Notes under the pieces: generated by a model
The model's database searches: none
What the model was told of the DNA's origin: nothing
What the model saw: the letters and a program-made list of their open reading frames with translations, nothing else
Virus record (IMG/VR): IMGVR_UViG_3300031566_000041
Location: 1-55,442 of that record
Source of the DNA: a virus
Taxonomy: Duplodnaviria; Caudoviricetes
Direction: 5' to 3' (one strand)
Length of the DNA: 55,442 nucleotides
Part shown: positions 44,516 to 53,784 of the stretch, one piece after another
Layout of the letters: the number at the start of each line of letters is the position of its first letter
Numbering within the stretch: position 1 is the first letter of the stretch
Translations under genes and position numbers: made by a program

Positions 44516-45784
44516 ATGGAACTCGACACCTTCAAACCAACATTTCTGATCCAGATCGAGGGGCAGACCCTCTCGAAGGACATCACACAGGAGATCACCT
44601 CGTTCGTGTTCGAGGACAACGAGGAAGAACTGGACGTGATGGAGCTATCGGTCACAGACCGGAACCTCCAGTTCGTGGATGACCCGCTGTTCCAGGAAGG
44701 CAACGAGATCGTGGCCCGGTTCGGCTACGTGGACAACCTCTCGCCCAAGAAGAAGGCGGTGATCAAGGACATTGATTACGACTTCCCGGAAGACGGCGAC
44801 CCCAGCATCCGCATCAAGGCCTATGACAAGGGCTTCAAGCTCGCGGGCAAGGAGAACCAGAAGGTCTGGCAGAAGCCTCCCCCTGGCATCCTCTACTCGG
44901 AAATCGCGGAGCAGATCGCGGCCGCGAACGGTCTCACGCCGGTGGTCCGCCCCACCAAGGTGAAGCACCTGCGGGTGACCCAGAGCAACATCTCGGACGC
45001 GCAATTCCTGCAGGAGCTTGCGGCCAAGGCCCGCGACAAGGACGGCGAGGGTGTCACCGGCTATGCCTTCTACATCCAGGACGACGAACTTCATTTCCAT
45101 CCCCGCGATTTGGAGCAAGGCCCGGCCCTCACGCTCGAATACTTCACCGACAAGCGAGGCATCCTGCGCTCCTTCCGGCCCTCCTCGCAATCGCAGGGGG
45201 CCAAGGGCGCTGGCACTGAGACCCGGGCCGTGGGCGTGGACCCGCGCAAGAAAGAGCCAGTTGAACACAAGGCCAACAACGAAAACACCCCTGAACGGAC
45301 CTCCTTGGGCAAGCGCACTTACCTGGTGGACGGCAACACCGGCGAGGCCAGTTACAAGGAGGAGGAGACCGGCCGGGTCGTGGCCAGCTTCGACCGCTCC
45401 GAAGGGTTCCACGAGGAGCCGCTCCAGGAGCCGGCCCAGGACCTGGCCGAGGGGAAATTCAAGGAGGCCGAACTCAAGCAGGTTGAAGCCACGGCGGTCA
45501 CCATCGGCGTCCCCTCGCTCCGGGCCAAGCAGAACCTCGAGGTCAAGGGCGTGGGCCGGAAGTTCTCCGGCATTTATTACTGCCAGTCGGCGCGGCACGT
45601 GATCGGCGAGGGCGGCTACAGCTGCGAGTTAAAGCTCAAAAAGAACGCGCTCGGCAAGGGCGCGGGCCAGAAGTCCGACGAGGCCAAAGGGAAGCAGAAC
45701 GATCAGGAAGCCCCGCCCACACCGGAAGAGACGCCGCCGCCGATGGTGACCATCGATGCCAATACGGGCGAACAAACCAGCTGA
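44516..45784 (+). CDS. Baseplate hub protein (P2 gpD/VgrG-N-like)
   Basis: Q..ISDAQFL..LA, G.P.LRA..V.GVG.KFSG.YY..H motifs. Confidence 0.88.
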   Translation: MELDTFKPTFLIQIEGQTLSKDITQEITSFVFEDNEEELDVMELSVTDRNLQFVDDPLFQEGNEIVARFGYVDNLSPKKKAVIKDIDYDFPEDGDPSIRIKAYDKGFKLAGKENQKVWQKPPPGILYSEIAEQIAAANGLTPVVRPTKVKHLRVTQSNISDAQFLQELAAKARDKDGEGVTGYAFYIQDDELHFHPRDLEQGPALTLEYFTDKRGILRSFRPSSQSQGAKGAGTETRAVGVDPRKKEPVEHKANNENTPERTSLGKRTYLVDGNTGEASYKEEETGRVVASFDRSEGFHEEPLQEPAQDLAEGKFKEAELKQVEATAVTIGVPSLRAKQNLEVKGVGRKFSGIYYCQSARHVIGEGGYSCELKLKKNALGKGAGQKSDEAKGKQNDQEAPPTPEETPPPMVTIDANTGEQTS

Positions 45785-45797
45785 AAGGAGGATGGAG

Positions 45798-46229
45798 ATG
45801 GGTGATTTGAGTTTGAATTTTTCGCGCTCGGAGTTCAGGTGCAAGTGCTGCGGGGAAGCCAAGGTAAACGAGAACCTGGTCGCGGCCCTGCAGGAACTCC
45901 GCGACCTGGCGGGGGCCCCGATCACGGTGATCAGCGGGTATCGGTGCCCCAAGCACAACTCGGCGGTCGGCGGCGCGAAGGCGAGCCAGCACATGCAGGG
46001 CAAGGCCGCGGACATCGTGATCAAGGGGAAGACGCCCTTCGAGACGTTCCGGCTGGCGGATCGGATCGAGGCGTTCAAGAACGGCGGCATGGGTTTGTAC
46101 CCGACGCATGGCTTTGTCCATGTGGACGTGCGCGGGCATCGGTCGCGCTGGGCCAAACTGCATGGCCGCGCGGTATCCGTCGCGGAAGCGATGAAGAGTG
46201 AAGGAGGTGAAGGCAATGGGACAGTATGA
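45798..46229 (+). CDS. Peptidase M15A family endolysin
   Basis: NFSRSEFRCKC, ISGYRCPKHN..VGGA..SQH..G.AADI, FVHVDVR. Start 45792 or 45798. Confidence 0.9.
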   Translation: MGDLSLNFSRSEFRCKCCGEAKVNENLVAALQELRDLAGAPITVISGYRCPKHNSAVGGAKASQHMQGKAADIVIKGKTPFETFRLADRIEAFKNGGMGLYPTHGFVHVDVRGHRSRWAKLHGRAVSVAEAMKSEGGEGNGTV

Positions 46230-46530
46230 GTGGATCGTCAAGTTCATCCTGGAGCACGCGGACCTGTTCGGGACCCTGCTGGCCACGATCATCACGATTC
46301 TCAAGCTCACGGCCTGGGGCAAGGGCAAGTCCGACGCCCTGGACACCGTGGTCAACGTGATCGAGCAGCTGGGGGCCAAGGAGGTCAAGGGCGGTGTGGT
46401 CGCGCAGGAAGGCAACCTCACGCCCGAGGCCAAGGACGCCATCCTGCACGCGGTGGCCAAGGCCGATCCCAAGAAAACCCCGGAGACCCTGGCTATCCGG
46501 TTCATCAAGAACATCCTCGGCGTGAAGTGA
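46216..46530 (+). CDS. Putative holin-like membrane protein
   Basis: One N-terminal hydrophobic segment; follows the endolysin; AAGGAGGT RBS. Confidence 0.5.
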   Translation: MGQYEWIVKFILEHADLFGTLLATIITILKLTAWGKGKSDALDTVVNVIEQLGAKEVKGGVVAQEGNLTPEAKDAILHAVAKADPKKTPETLAIRFIKNILGVK

Positions 46531-46542
46531 GGCCAGGCACCA

Positions 46543-47526
46543 GTGCTTGAAACGCAGGATCGGCAGCACGAGGAGCGGTACAAGAACCGCTGGTTCGGCA
46601 AGTACCGCGCCTTTGTGCGCGACAACAACGACCCCGAACGGCTGGGCCGGGCGCGGCTGGAGATTCCAGCCGTGCTCGGCTCCGGGCCGGAGAACTGGTC
46701 GGAGTGGGCCTGGCCGTGCTTCCCTTACGGCGGCAACCAGGACATGGGCATGTTCTTCGTGCCCGAGGAAGGGGCCTCGGTCTGGGCCGAGTTCGAGGGC
46801 GGCGAGGTGGGCCGTCCGATCTGGATCGGCGTCTGGCTCGCCAAGTCCAATCCCGGTGAGCAACCTGAAGAAGCCAAGCGCCTGTGCAACGAGCCGACCT
46901 GTCTTGACTGCGAGGACAAGCAGGAGCACCAGGCCAAGACCCCGGACGATCTTGAACACAAGAAGTACCACCAGCACCCGCCCTACTACTGCCCGCGGCG
47001 CAAGGTGCTCATGAAGACCGAGACCGGGCACACCATCGTCGTGGACGACCGGGACGAGGAAGAGTTTTTCAAGATCATCGACCGCTCCGGCCAGATCATC
47101 CACTTCGACTGCAAGGTCAAGCGCGACATCCAGAGCGGGAACTCGAAGGCGCGAGCCACGAAGGACGCGGAGCAGGGCGACCAGCTGAACATTGATTCCG
47201 ATATCAAGGAAAAAAAGGCCCGGATCGAGATCACCGACCTGTGCCGGCAGTACGTCCGCTTCGAGGCCTGGAAGGACAAGGAGAAGATTCACATCCAGTC
47301 GTGCGACAAGAACCGGAGCCGCTGGCAGAAGATTCTGCTCGACACCACCAAGGCCAAGGAGAAGGTCTACATCTGGGGCTTGGGCGCGGCGCAGGAGATT
47401 CTGATCGACTCGACTGCCGGCGCGGAAAAAATCCGCCTCACAGACAAGGCGGGGAGCACGATCACGATGGACGGGGTGACGGGCAACATCGTCATCAAGT
47501 CCACCAACAAGGTGCTGATCAATTAG
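46543..47526 (+). CDS. Baseplate central spike (gpV/gp5 OB-fold + beta-helix)
   Basis: GKYRA.V.DN.DPE.LGR, WA.PC, F.PE.G..VW.EFE.G...P.W.G, TETGH..DD. Confidence 0.9.
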   Translation: MLETQDRQHEERYKNRWFGKYRAFVRDNNDPERLGRARLEIPAVLGSGPENWSEWAWPCFPYGGNQDMGMFFVPEEGASVWAEFEGGEVGRPIWIGVWLAKSNPGEQPEEAKRLCNEPTCLDCEDKQEHQAKTPDDLEHKKYHQHPPYYCPRRKVLMKTETGHTIVVDDRDEEEFFKIIDRSGQIIHFDCKVKRDIQSGNSKARATKDAEQGDQLNIDSDIKEKKARIEITDLCRQYVRFEAWKDKEKIHIQSCDKNRSRWQKILLDTTKAKEKVYIWGLGAAQEILIDSTAGAEKIRLTDKAGSTITMDGVTGNIVIKSTNKVLIN

Positions 47527-47535
47527 GGGGACTGA

Positions 47536-47904
47536 ATGACTGATAACGAGAACAGGGATCAAGTCCTGGAGGAGAGCGAACGGCTCCTGGCCCGGACCTT
47601 CGAGGCCTGGCGTGCTGAGTTCCGCAGCATCCTCGAGGACCACCGCCGCGAGATTCAGGCGCGGCTGGAGAAGATCGAGCGCGAGATCGAGAAGAAGTCC
47701 GACAAGGAAAACGTGGAACTCATGGTGCGCGCGGTCCGCGAGGAACTCTGCCGGCACGCGGAAGACATCAAGAACCTCTACGCCGGGCTGAACCGCAAGA
47801 TGGGCACCGAGACCATGTGGAAGGTGGTGGGCCTGGTGCTCGCTCTTTCGGGCGTGCTTGGCGGCATCGTGGGCTTCCTTGTGCGCCTGTTCATGGGGCA
47901 TTAG
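47536..47904 (+). CDS. Coiled-coil protein with C-terminal TM helix (possible lysis accessory)
   Basis: Charged heptads followed by VVGLVLALSGVLGGIVGFLV. Confidence 0.55.
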   Translation: MTDNENRDQVLEESERLLARTFEAWRAEFRSILEDHRREIQARLEKIEREIEKKSDKENVELMVRAVREELCRHAEDIKNLYAGLNRKMGTETMWKVVGLVLALSGVLGGIVGFLVRLFMGH

Positions 47905-48171
47905 ATGGCGAGACCGCAGGCGAGACTCGGGGACATTTCCAACCACGGCGGCGTGATCATCACCGGCGCGATGAGGACCGTGGTGAACGGCAGGCCGGCC
48001 GCGCGGATGGGCGACTTCCATTCATGTCCGCTCCCGTTCCACGGGGTCACTCCCATTGTAACCGGCAGCCCGGACACCTTGACCGAGGGACAACCCAACG
48101 CCCGCATCGGCGACGTGGCCGCGTGCGGCGCGGTGATTGTTACCGGTAGCCCGGACTGCAACGACAACTGA
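47905..48171 (+). CDS. PAAR spike-tip protein
   Basis: PQARLGD, HGG, PAARMGD.H.C, PNARIGD...CGA. Confidence 0.93.
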   Translation: MARPQARLGDISNHGGVIITGAMRTVVNGRPAARMGDFHSCPLPFHGVTPIVTGSPDTLTEGQPNARIGDVAACGAVIVTGSPDCNDN

Positions 48172-48181
48172 GGAACGACTG

Positions 48182-48469
48182 ATGAGCGAGAACGGCAACA
48201 TCTATTGGGACGTTTTCCCCAAGCTGATCCGGGTCTCGATCTCTATGGAGCAGCAGACCATCCCGCTCTCCATCAGAGGCAATGTCTTCGACCCGGTTTA
48301 CGAGTCCTCCAATCCCGAAGTTGCGGAGATTGACGAACTCGGCAACGTCCTGTGCGGCCTCACGCCCGGCGCGGCCATGATCATGGTCTGGTTTTCCGAG
48401 GATCGAGCGAGCGTGCGGCATGTGCAGGTCGAAGTCTACGGCCAGGCCAGTGAAGAGGTCCCCCAATGA
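48182..48469 (+). CDS. Ig-like (Big_2-type) domain protein
   Basis: YESSNPEVAEIDELG.V..PG.A.I motif. Start ATG 48182. Confidence 0.75.
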   Translation: MSENGNIYWDVFPKLIRVSISMEQQTIPLSIRGNVFDPVYESSNPEVAEIDELGNVLCGLTPGAAMIMVWFSEDRASVRHVQVEVYGQASEEVPQ

Positions 48470-49476
48470 GCGATGACCTGATCAACCGGCCCTACTGGGA
48501 CGTTTTTCCCAAGAGCATTCGCGTCTCGCTCACAGAGTACGAGCAGCTGATCCCCTTGTCCGTTCGAGGCAACGCCGAGGCCCCGGTCTTCCAGTCCTCG
48601 AATGCGGACGTGGTGAACGTGGACGAGAACGGGGTCCTTTCCTTCAGCGGCAATGTCGGCAACGCCATGATCATCGTCTGGGACTCGCCCGAGAAGCGGA
48701 GCGTCCGCCACGTGGCGGTCGAGGTCCGCGATGCTTCCTGGTTCGCGGAGCACCCGGACTTCCAGGGAGCCGCCATCATGAATGTTTCGGGCGTAGTGAT
48801 AGACGCCTTGAACACGATGGGCATCCCCAACGTCACCATCCTTTTTCGCCGGAGCGAAACCGGGCCGGTCGTGGCCCAAGCGGTCACCAACTCAGGCGGT
48901 TATTACGGAGTGAACCTGCGGGAAGGCCTCTATTACTACGAGGCCTCGGCGCAGAATTACATCACCGGCACGGGTCTCATCAACGTCACCGATTCGGGGA
49001 CCTCCGGCACGAGCATCGTGCTCTCGCCCGTGCTTGTCGGCAAAGTGGCCAGGATCGTCCTGCAATGGGGAGCGACCCCGTCGGACCTGGACTCGCACCT
49101 TTGGGGACCGCTGCCCAATGGCACGAGGTTTCATGTCTACTACAACAACGATTACCAAGCTGACGCCGCCGAGTTGGACGTGGATGACACCTCGTCTTAC
49201 GGCCCGGAGACCGTCACCATCTTCCGCTTCCTTCCCGGTCCGTTCCGATATTACGTGCACAACTACACTAACCGGAGTTCAAACCCCAGCTGGGCCCTGG
49301 CGCAGTCGGGCGCGACCGTGAGGCTGTTCCTGCAGAGCGGCCAGCAGTACACGTTCAACGTCCCCAACCTGGCCGGCACTGCGTGGTTCGTGTTCGAGAT
49401 AAACGGTGCCACGGGCCAGATCACAACAAAGAACACCATGTTCTATCAGTCTAACCCAACCTCGGTTGGATCGTAG
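48466..49476 (+). CDS. Ig-like + carboxypeptidase-regulatory-like + YfaP/DUF2135-like domain protein
   Basis: N-terminal domain paralogous to the preceding ORF; VSG.VID..IPNVTI..TNSGG.Y; LQW..DLDSH..LDVDD..GPET..YYVHNY. Confidence 0.75.
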   Translation: MSDDLINRPYWDVFPKSIRVSLTEYEQLIPLSVRGNAEAPVFQSSNADVVNVDENGVLSFSGNVGNAMIIVWDSPEKRSVRHVAVEVRDASWFAEHPDFQGAAIMNVSGVVIDALNTMGIPNVTILFRRSETGPVVAQAVTNSGGYYGVNLREGLYYYEASAQNYITGTGLINVTDSGTSGTSIVLSPVLVGKVARIVLQWGATPSDLDSHLWGPLPNGTRFHVYYNNDYQADAAELDVDDTSSYGPETVTIFRFLPGPFRYYVHNYTNRSSNPSWALAQSGATVRLFLQSGQQYTFNVPNLAGTAWFVFEINGATGQITTKNTMFYQSNPTSVGS

Positions 49477-49485
49477 GAGAGCGCC

Positions 49486-50337
49486 ATGCCCGAGGAATAC
49501 GATTCTGCCACAGTCATCGAGGAGACCGACTCCGGCGAGAACCATTACGTCCTCAAGGGCATCGAGGAGAAGCTCGCCGGGATCATGAGCATCCTCCAGG
49601 CCGGGCATGAGGCCTCCGAGTCCATGCGCGAGCAGGCCGAGGAGGTGCTGGAGGCTCATCGGCAGAGCGCCCAGGAGTACCTGGACCACGTGAACAACGA
49701 GCCGGACTTTTATCCGTTCGTGACCATGCCCGCGGGCACCACGGTGCGCGACCTCCCGGACGGCGGGCGGCTCTTCACTTTGACCGACGGCGTGTTCGTG
49801 CGGACCAGTCCGGATGGGACCATCTTCGCGGTGATGGAGGATGGCGAGGCGGTGATCCTCGAACCAGCCCGGGCAGGTAAGGTCACTCTGCCCGATGGCC
49901 GGGAACTCACTCTGGTCCAGGAAGCGGTCATGGCGACCCACGAGGCCGCTGGCATCGAGGGACTGCCGCTCGACATCGAGCCGACCCAGGTCGCGGACGG
50001 ACGTTTTTCGGTGAACCTCCCTGGCAACATGCGTCTCGATGTGTGTCATCGGGAGCACCTGGCCACGGTCATCAATCCTCTGGGCACGGTGGTGGTTCTC
50101 GGCATTGCTCGGATCGAAGGGGTCGGTGAGGAAGTGATCACGCGGATCGTGGCTGGCGGGGCCCGGGGCTTTGCTTCCCAAGAGAGCAACCACCAGGGAA
50201 TTATCGAGGCCAACGGGACCATCCACGTGGCGCTGTCCAATGGACTCGACCTGGTTATTCATTTCCCCGAGGCTGCGGAAGATTCCGGCTCGGAGCCACA
50301 GGACGAGACTAAGAGCATCTGTGAGGAGCGGGTCTGA
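49486..50337 (+). CDS. Acidic protein with repeated beta-hairpin (xPDG) motifs
   Basis: LPDGG, LTDG, SPDGT, MEDG, LPDGR, ADG, LSNG recurrences. Confidence 0.65.
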   Translation: MPEEYDSATVIEETDSGENHYVLKGIEEKLAGIMSILQAGHEASESMREQAEEVLEAHRQSAQEYLDHVNNEPDFYPFVTMPAGTTVRDLPDGGRLFTLTDGVFVRTSPDGTIFAVMEDGEAVILEPARAGKVTLPDGRELTLVQEAVMATHEAAGIEGLPLDIEPTQVADGRFSVNLPGNMRLDVCHREHLATVINPLGTVVVLGIARIEGVGEEVITRIVAGGARGFASQESNHQGIIEANGTIHVALSNGLDLVIHFPEAAEDSGSEPQDETKSICEERV

Positions 50338-50792
50338 TGGCGCTGGACTTCCTGGGCAAAGGCTTGAAGCACCCGTTCCGATTCAAGCAGCGGAGCGGCG
50401 GCGCGGAGATCTCCGCGACTACCTCCGCCGAGCACGCGCACATCCACGAGAGCATCCTGCAGATTCTCGGCGTGCGCCCGGGCGAGCGGTTCATGCTCCC
50501 GGAGTTCGGCTCCCGGCTCAAGGACCTGGTGTTCGAGCCAAACGACGAGGTGCTGAAAGGCCTGGTCCGGCATTACGTGATTGACGCGATCAAGCGCTGG
50601 GAGAAGCGCGTGGTCATCATCGGGGTTTCCTTTGACGACTCGGACGTGAACAAGGACCGGAACCTGCTCCTAGTGAGCATCAACTACCGGGTGATCCAAA
50701 GCCAGGTGGAAGGGAACCTGGTGTATCCCTTCTACCGCGAGCCGCGCCAGGCCCCGCCCTTGGGCCAAGTCCACGCGGCCATCGGGGGATGA
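50337..50792 (+). CDS. gp25/GPW-like baseplate wedge (sheath initiator)
   Basis: ESI.QIL..PGER...PEFGS.L..LVFEP..RWE.R, NLVYPFY. Confidence 0.92.
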   Translation: MALDFLGKGLKHPFRFKQRSGGAEISATTSAEHAHIHESILQILGVRPGERFMLPEFGSRLKDLVFEPNDEVLKGLVRHYVIDAIKRWEKRVVIIGVSFDDSDVNKDRNLLLVSINYRVIQSQVEGNLVYPFYREPRQAPPLGQVHAAIGG

Positions 50793-52204
50793 CAATGGGA
50801 CGGGCATCTCTCGCTTACAGCAACAAGGATTACGAGTCCATCCGGCGCGAGCTCATGGCTCGCATCCCCCAGTTGACCGACCGCTGGACCGACTTCAACG
50901 AGTCCGACCTGGGCGTGGTCCTGCTCGAACTCTTCTGCGGGATCGGCGACATGCTGGCCTACTACCTGGACGCCCAGGCCGCCGAAGCCTTCCTGCCCAC
51001 GGCCCGCCAGCGCCAGAACGTGATCAACCTCTGCAAGCTGATCAGCTACCGCCTGGACACGCCGGTCACGGCCTCGACAACGCTTCGCTTCACCCTGGCC
51101 GCGCCTCTGGCGGCGGACCTCACTATTCCCACCGGGACGTTGTGCCAGGCCAGGCTCGAAGAGGGAGACATTGAGTTCGAGACCGCGTTCGACGCGATCA
51201 TTGCACGAGGCGGGATGACGGTCGAGGTGAGCGCGCTCCAAGGCCGGAGCAAGTCCGAGACCTTCACCGGGACCGGCGAGGCCTGGCAACAGGTAGTCCT
51301 TTCAAGCAAGAACATCGCCCAGGGTTCTATCGCGGTCGGCATTCAGGATGAATCCTGGACCGAGGTCATGCACTTCCAGGAGAGCGGAGCGGACGCGCTG
51401 AATTTCATCTCGGAGACCGACGGCCTGGACGTCACCCGGATTCTGTTCGGCGATGGTCTGCACGGCGCGACCCCATCGGCAGGCGCGGAGATCGCCGCCA
51501 AGTACCTCGAGACCCAAGGGGCCGATGGCAACCTCGGTAAGAACCTGGTCACTGAAGTCCTCACCCCGGTTTACCTGGATGGACGACAAGTGGCCCTGTC
51601 CGTGACCAATCCCGTGGCCTCGACCGGAGGCTCGGACCGGGAGACGCTCGCCCATGCCAGGAAGCAGGCCCCGGCGGAAATCCGCTCGCTCTGGAAGGCG
51701 GTCACCAAGGAGGACTACCAGGCCCTGGCCGAGGGGTTCCCCGGCATTGCCAAGGCCGTAGTGCTCGACACCAACGACTGCGTCAACATCCGCTACTACC
51801 AGGTCAACATGGCCGTGGCCCCGGACGGCGGCGGTCTGCCCACGTCGCTCCTCAAAAGCGAGGTTCTGGCTTACCTCGAATCCCGCAAGGTTATCACTAT
51901 CGAGATCAACCTGTTCGATCCGGTCTACGTGCCGGTCTCGATTAATGCCGAGGTCTATGCCTATGCGGGTGAAGACCTGGAACTTGTGCGCGGCCGCGTG
52001 GAGGACGCTCTATCCGAGCACTTTGCCTTCGACCGCATGGGCTTCGGCCAGGACGTTTATTTCTCGGACCTGGTTGCGGTCATGGACGGCGTGCGCGGCG
52101 TGAGCCACGTGCGCATGTTCTCACCGCTCGACGACGTGCTGATCCGGCTCGGTGAAATCCCGGTCCTTGGCGAGGTCATCCTGGACATGAGGAGGGCCTC
52201 CTGA
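50789..52204 (+). CDS. Baseplate J-like protein
   Basis: WTDFNESD.G..LLE, I.FGDG..G..P, GG.D.E, AVT.EDY. Confidence 0.92.
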   Translation: MTMGRASLAYSNKDYESIRRELMARIPQLTDRWTDFNESDLGVVLLELFCGIGDMLAYYLDAQAAEAFLPTARQRQNVINLCKLISYRLDTPVTASTTLRFTLAAPLAADLTIPTGTLCQARLEEGDIEFETAFDAIIARGGMTVEVSALQGRSKSETFTGTGEAWQQVVLSSKNIAQGSIAVGIQDESWTEVMHFQESGADALNFISETDGLDVTRILFGDGLHGATPSAGAEIAAKYLETQGADGNLGKNLVTEVLTPVYLDGRQVALSVTNPVASTGGSDRETLAHARKQAPAEIRSLWKAVTKEDYQALAEGFPGIAKAVVLDTNDCVNIRYYQVNMAVAPDGGGLPTSLLKSEVLAYLESRKVITIEINLFDPVYVPVSINAEVYAYAGEDLELVRGRVEDALSEHFAFDRMGFGQDVYFSDLVAVMDGVRGVSHVRMFSPLDDVLIRLGEIPVLGEVILDMRRAS

Positions 52205-53775
52205 TGTCCTCCTACTTTGACAAGAAGCTTATCGAGCTATTGCCGCCTTTATACGAGCGCGAGGACGAGAGCGGCGACCTCAAAACCTTCCTCTCCGTGC
52301 CCTCTGTCACATTGGATGAGTTGAAGACCCTCGCTGACCGCTTCCCGGAGATTTTCGACGTGGATAAATGCGGGGAGCGGTTCCTGCCGCTCCTGGCCGA
52401 GATCGTGGGCTGGCGCTTCGATCCCTTGAAGGACGCGGCCGCGCAGCGCCGACAAATCCGGGAGGCCATCGAGTTCTATCGCCGCAAGGGAACCATCCCC
52501 GCGATCCGCCGCTCGCTCACGGACATCGGCTGGCAGGGCGACATCGAGGAGACGTTCCGCAAAGCGCTGCGCTTAAACCGCCGCTCTCTCGTCAACCGGG
52601 CGCGGCTCCCCGGCCTCATCTACAGCCTCGGGGTTTATCGGATAGTGCAAGACAACCTCGTTCAGGAGGTCCGCTCCGCGCTCGTGCCCCATCATCCGGC
52701 CGGAACCAGAGTGTTCTTCCTGCAATGGTTGTACTCGATGCTCTCTTTGGATTCGGACTTCGAGGCGGTGATCAAGCAGTTTGTCCAGCGGGTCTGCCTG
52801 AGCCACCTCCACGACACCTTCGTGGTAAGCCATAACGCGCTGAACACCGATTACCACCTCACCCTCAAGAACAAGACCTGGGCTTGGTGGTGCATCACGG
52901 ATGGCACCACGCTCTTCCAGGACGTGGAGCGGGCGGCGGTGTGCGTCTCTCGCTGGCATGGCCGCACGCCGCGTTTCCGCTTGAACACCGGCAACCTCAA
53001 CCTCGAGCGCCTGCCCAACTTGTGGGTGAGCGAACGGAAGTTCTCCTTCTGCTGCGGGATCGACACCCAGCCAGTAATTTTGCCGGAGCAGGAGTTCATC
53101 CGCTTTGACGGCCAGGAACTGAACCGCGCCCGGCTCAACCGCTCGGCTGTCCCCTGCCGGATCAAGTACCGGCAAAAGGACATGTTCTCCGAGTCCGAGA
53201 TGTCGTTTGCCATGACCCCGGAGAACGCCCGAATACACGGCTATGGCAGCCGCTCCCGACTCTCTCACTGGTTCCGGGTCGGGCATTCCCACATCGGGCA
53301 GGATGACAGGATTTCCGGCGCGGCGGTCGGGCGGCATGCCCTGTTCATCGCGTTTGCGGGCGAACTCTGGTCCGAGGTGCGCGAGGCGCACGACATCGTG
53401 GACCGCTGGCGGGCCCGGCGGCCGGGATTCTCGCTGAACAACAAGGCGCTGAACCTCACCGATCTTACCGACGCCTATGTGACCGAGGCCCGGGCGTCCT
53501 TCGAGTTGGACGTGGACACCGGCTTCCCGCGCCGCAGCCGGATCGAGACCCTGCTCCTCAACCAGCGCCACTTGAACCACACCGGCCTGCGGCTCTCGGT
53601 GGACCGGACCCATCCCTTGCGGCTTGGCTCCATGCCGCTCAACGGCTCGGGCTTCCGCATGTCCAAGCCGAGCTTACGCTGGCGCTATCGCCAGAGGGAT
53701 GACCAGGCCGAGGTTCAGGCCGGGATCGAGGCGGCGGTGAATCGATACGCGGTGACCCAATGGCCCGCGAATTAG
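52204..53775 (+). CDS. Baseplate/tail protein I-like with extended C-terminus
   Basis: FLP.LA..VGW, YRRKGT..I, P..PAG; the C-terminal part has LN-x3-LN repeats. Confidence 0.8.
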   Translation: MSSYFDKKLIELLPPLYEREDESGDLKTFLSVPSVTLDELKTLADRFPEIFDVDKCGERFLPLLAEIVGWRFDPLKDAAAQRRQIREAIEFYRRKGTIPAIRRSLTDIGWQGDIEETFRKALRLNRRSLVNRARLPGLIYSLGVYRIVQDNLVQEVRSALVPHHPAGTRVFFLQWLYSMLSLDSDFEAVIKQFVQRVCLSHLHDTFVVSHNALNTDYHLTLKNKTWAWWCITDGTTLFQDVERAAVCVSRWHGRTPRFRLNTGNLNLERLPNLWVSERKFSFCCGIDTQPVILPEQEFIRFDGQELNRARLNRSAVPCRIKYRQKDMFSESEMSFAMTPENARIHGYGSRSRLSHWFRVGHSHIGQDDRISGAAVGRHALFIAFAGELWSEVREAHDIVDRWRARRPGFSLNNKALNLTDLTDAYVTEARASFELDVDTGFPRRSRIETLLLNQRHLNHTGLRLSVDRTHPLRLGSMPLNGSGFRMSKPSLRWRYRQRDDQAEVQAGIEAAVNRYAVTQWPAN

Positions 53776-53784
53776 GAGGCAGTT

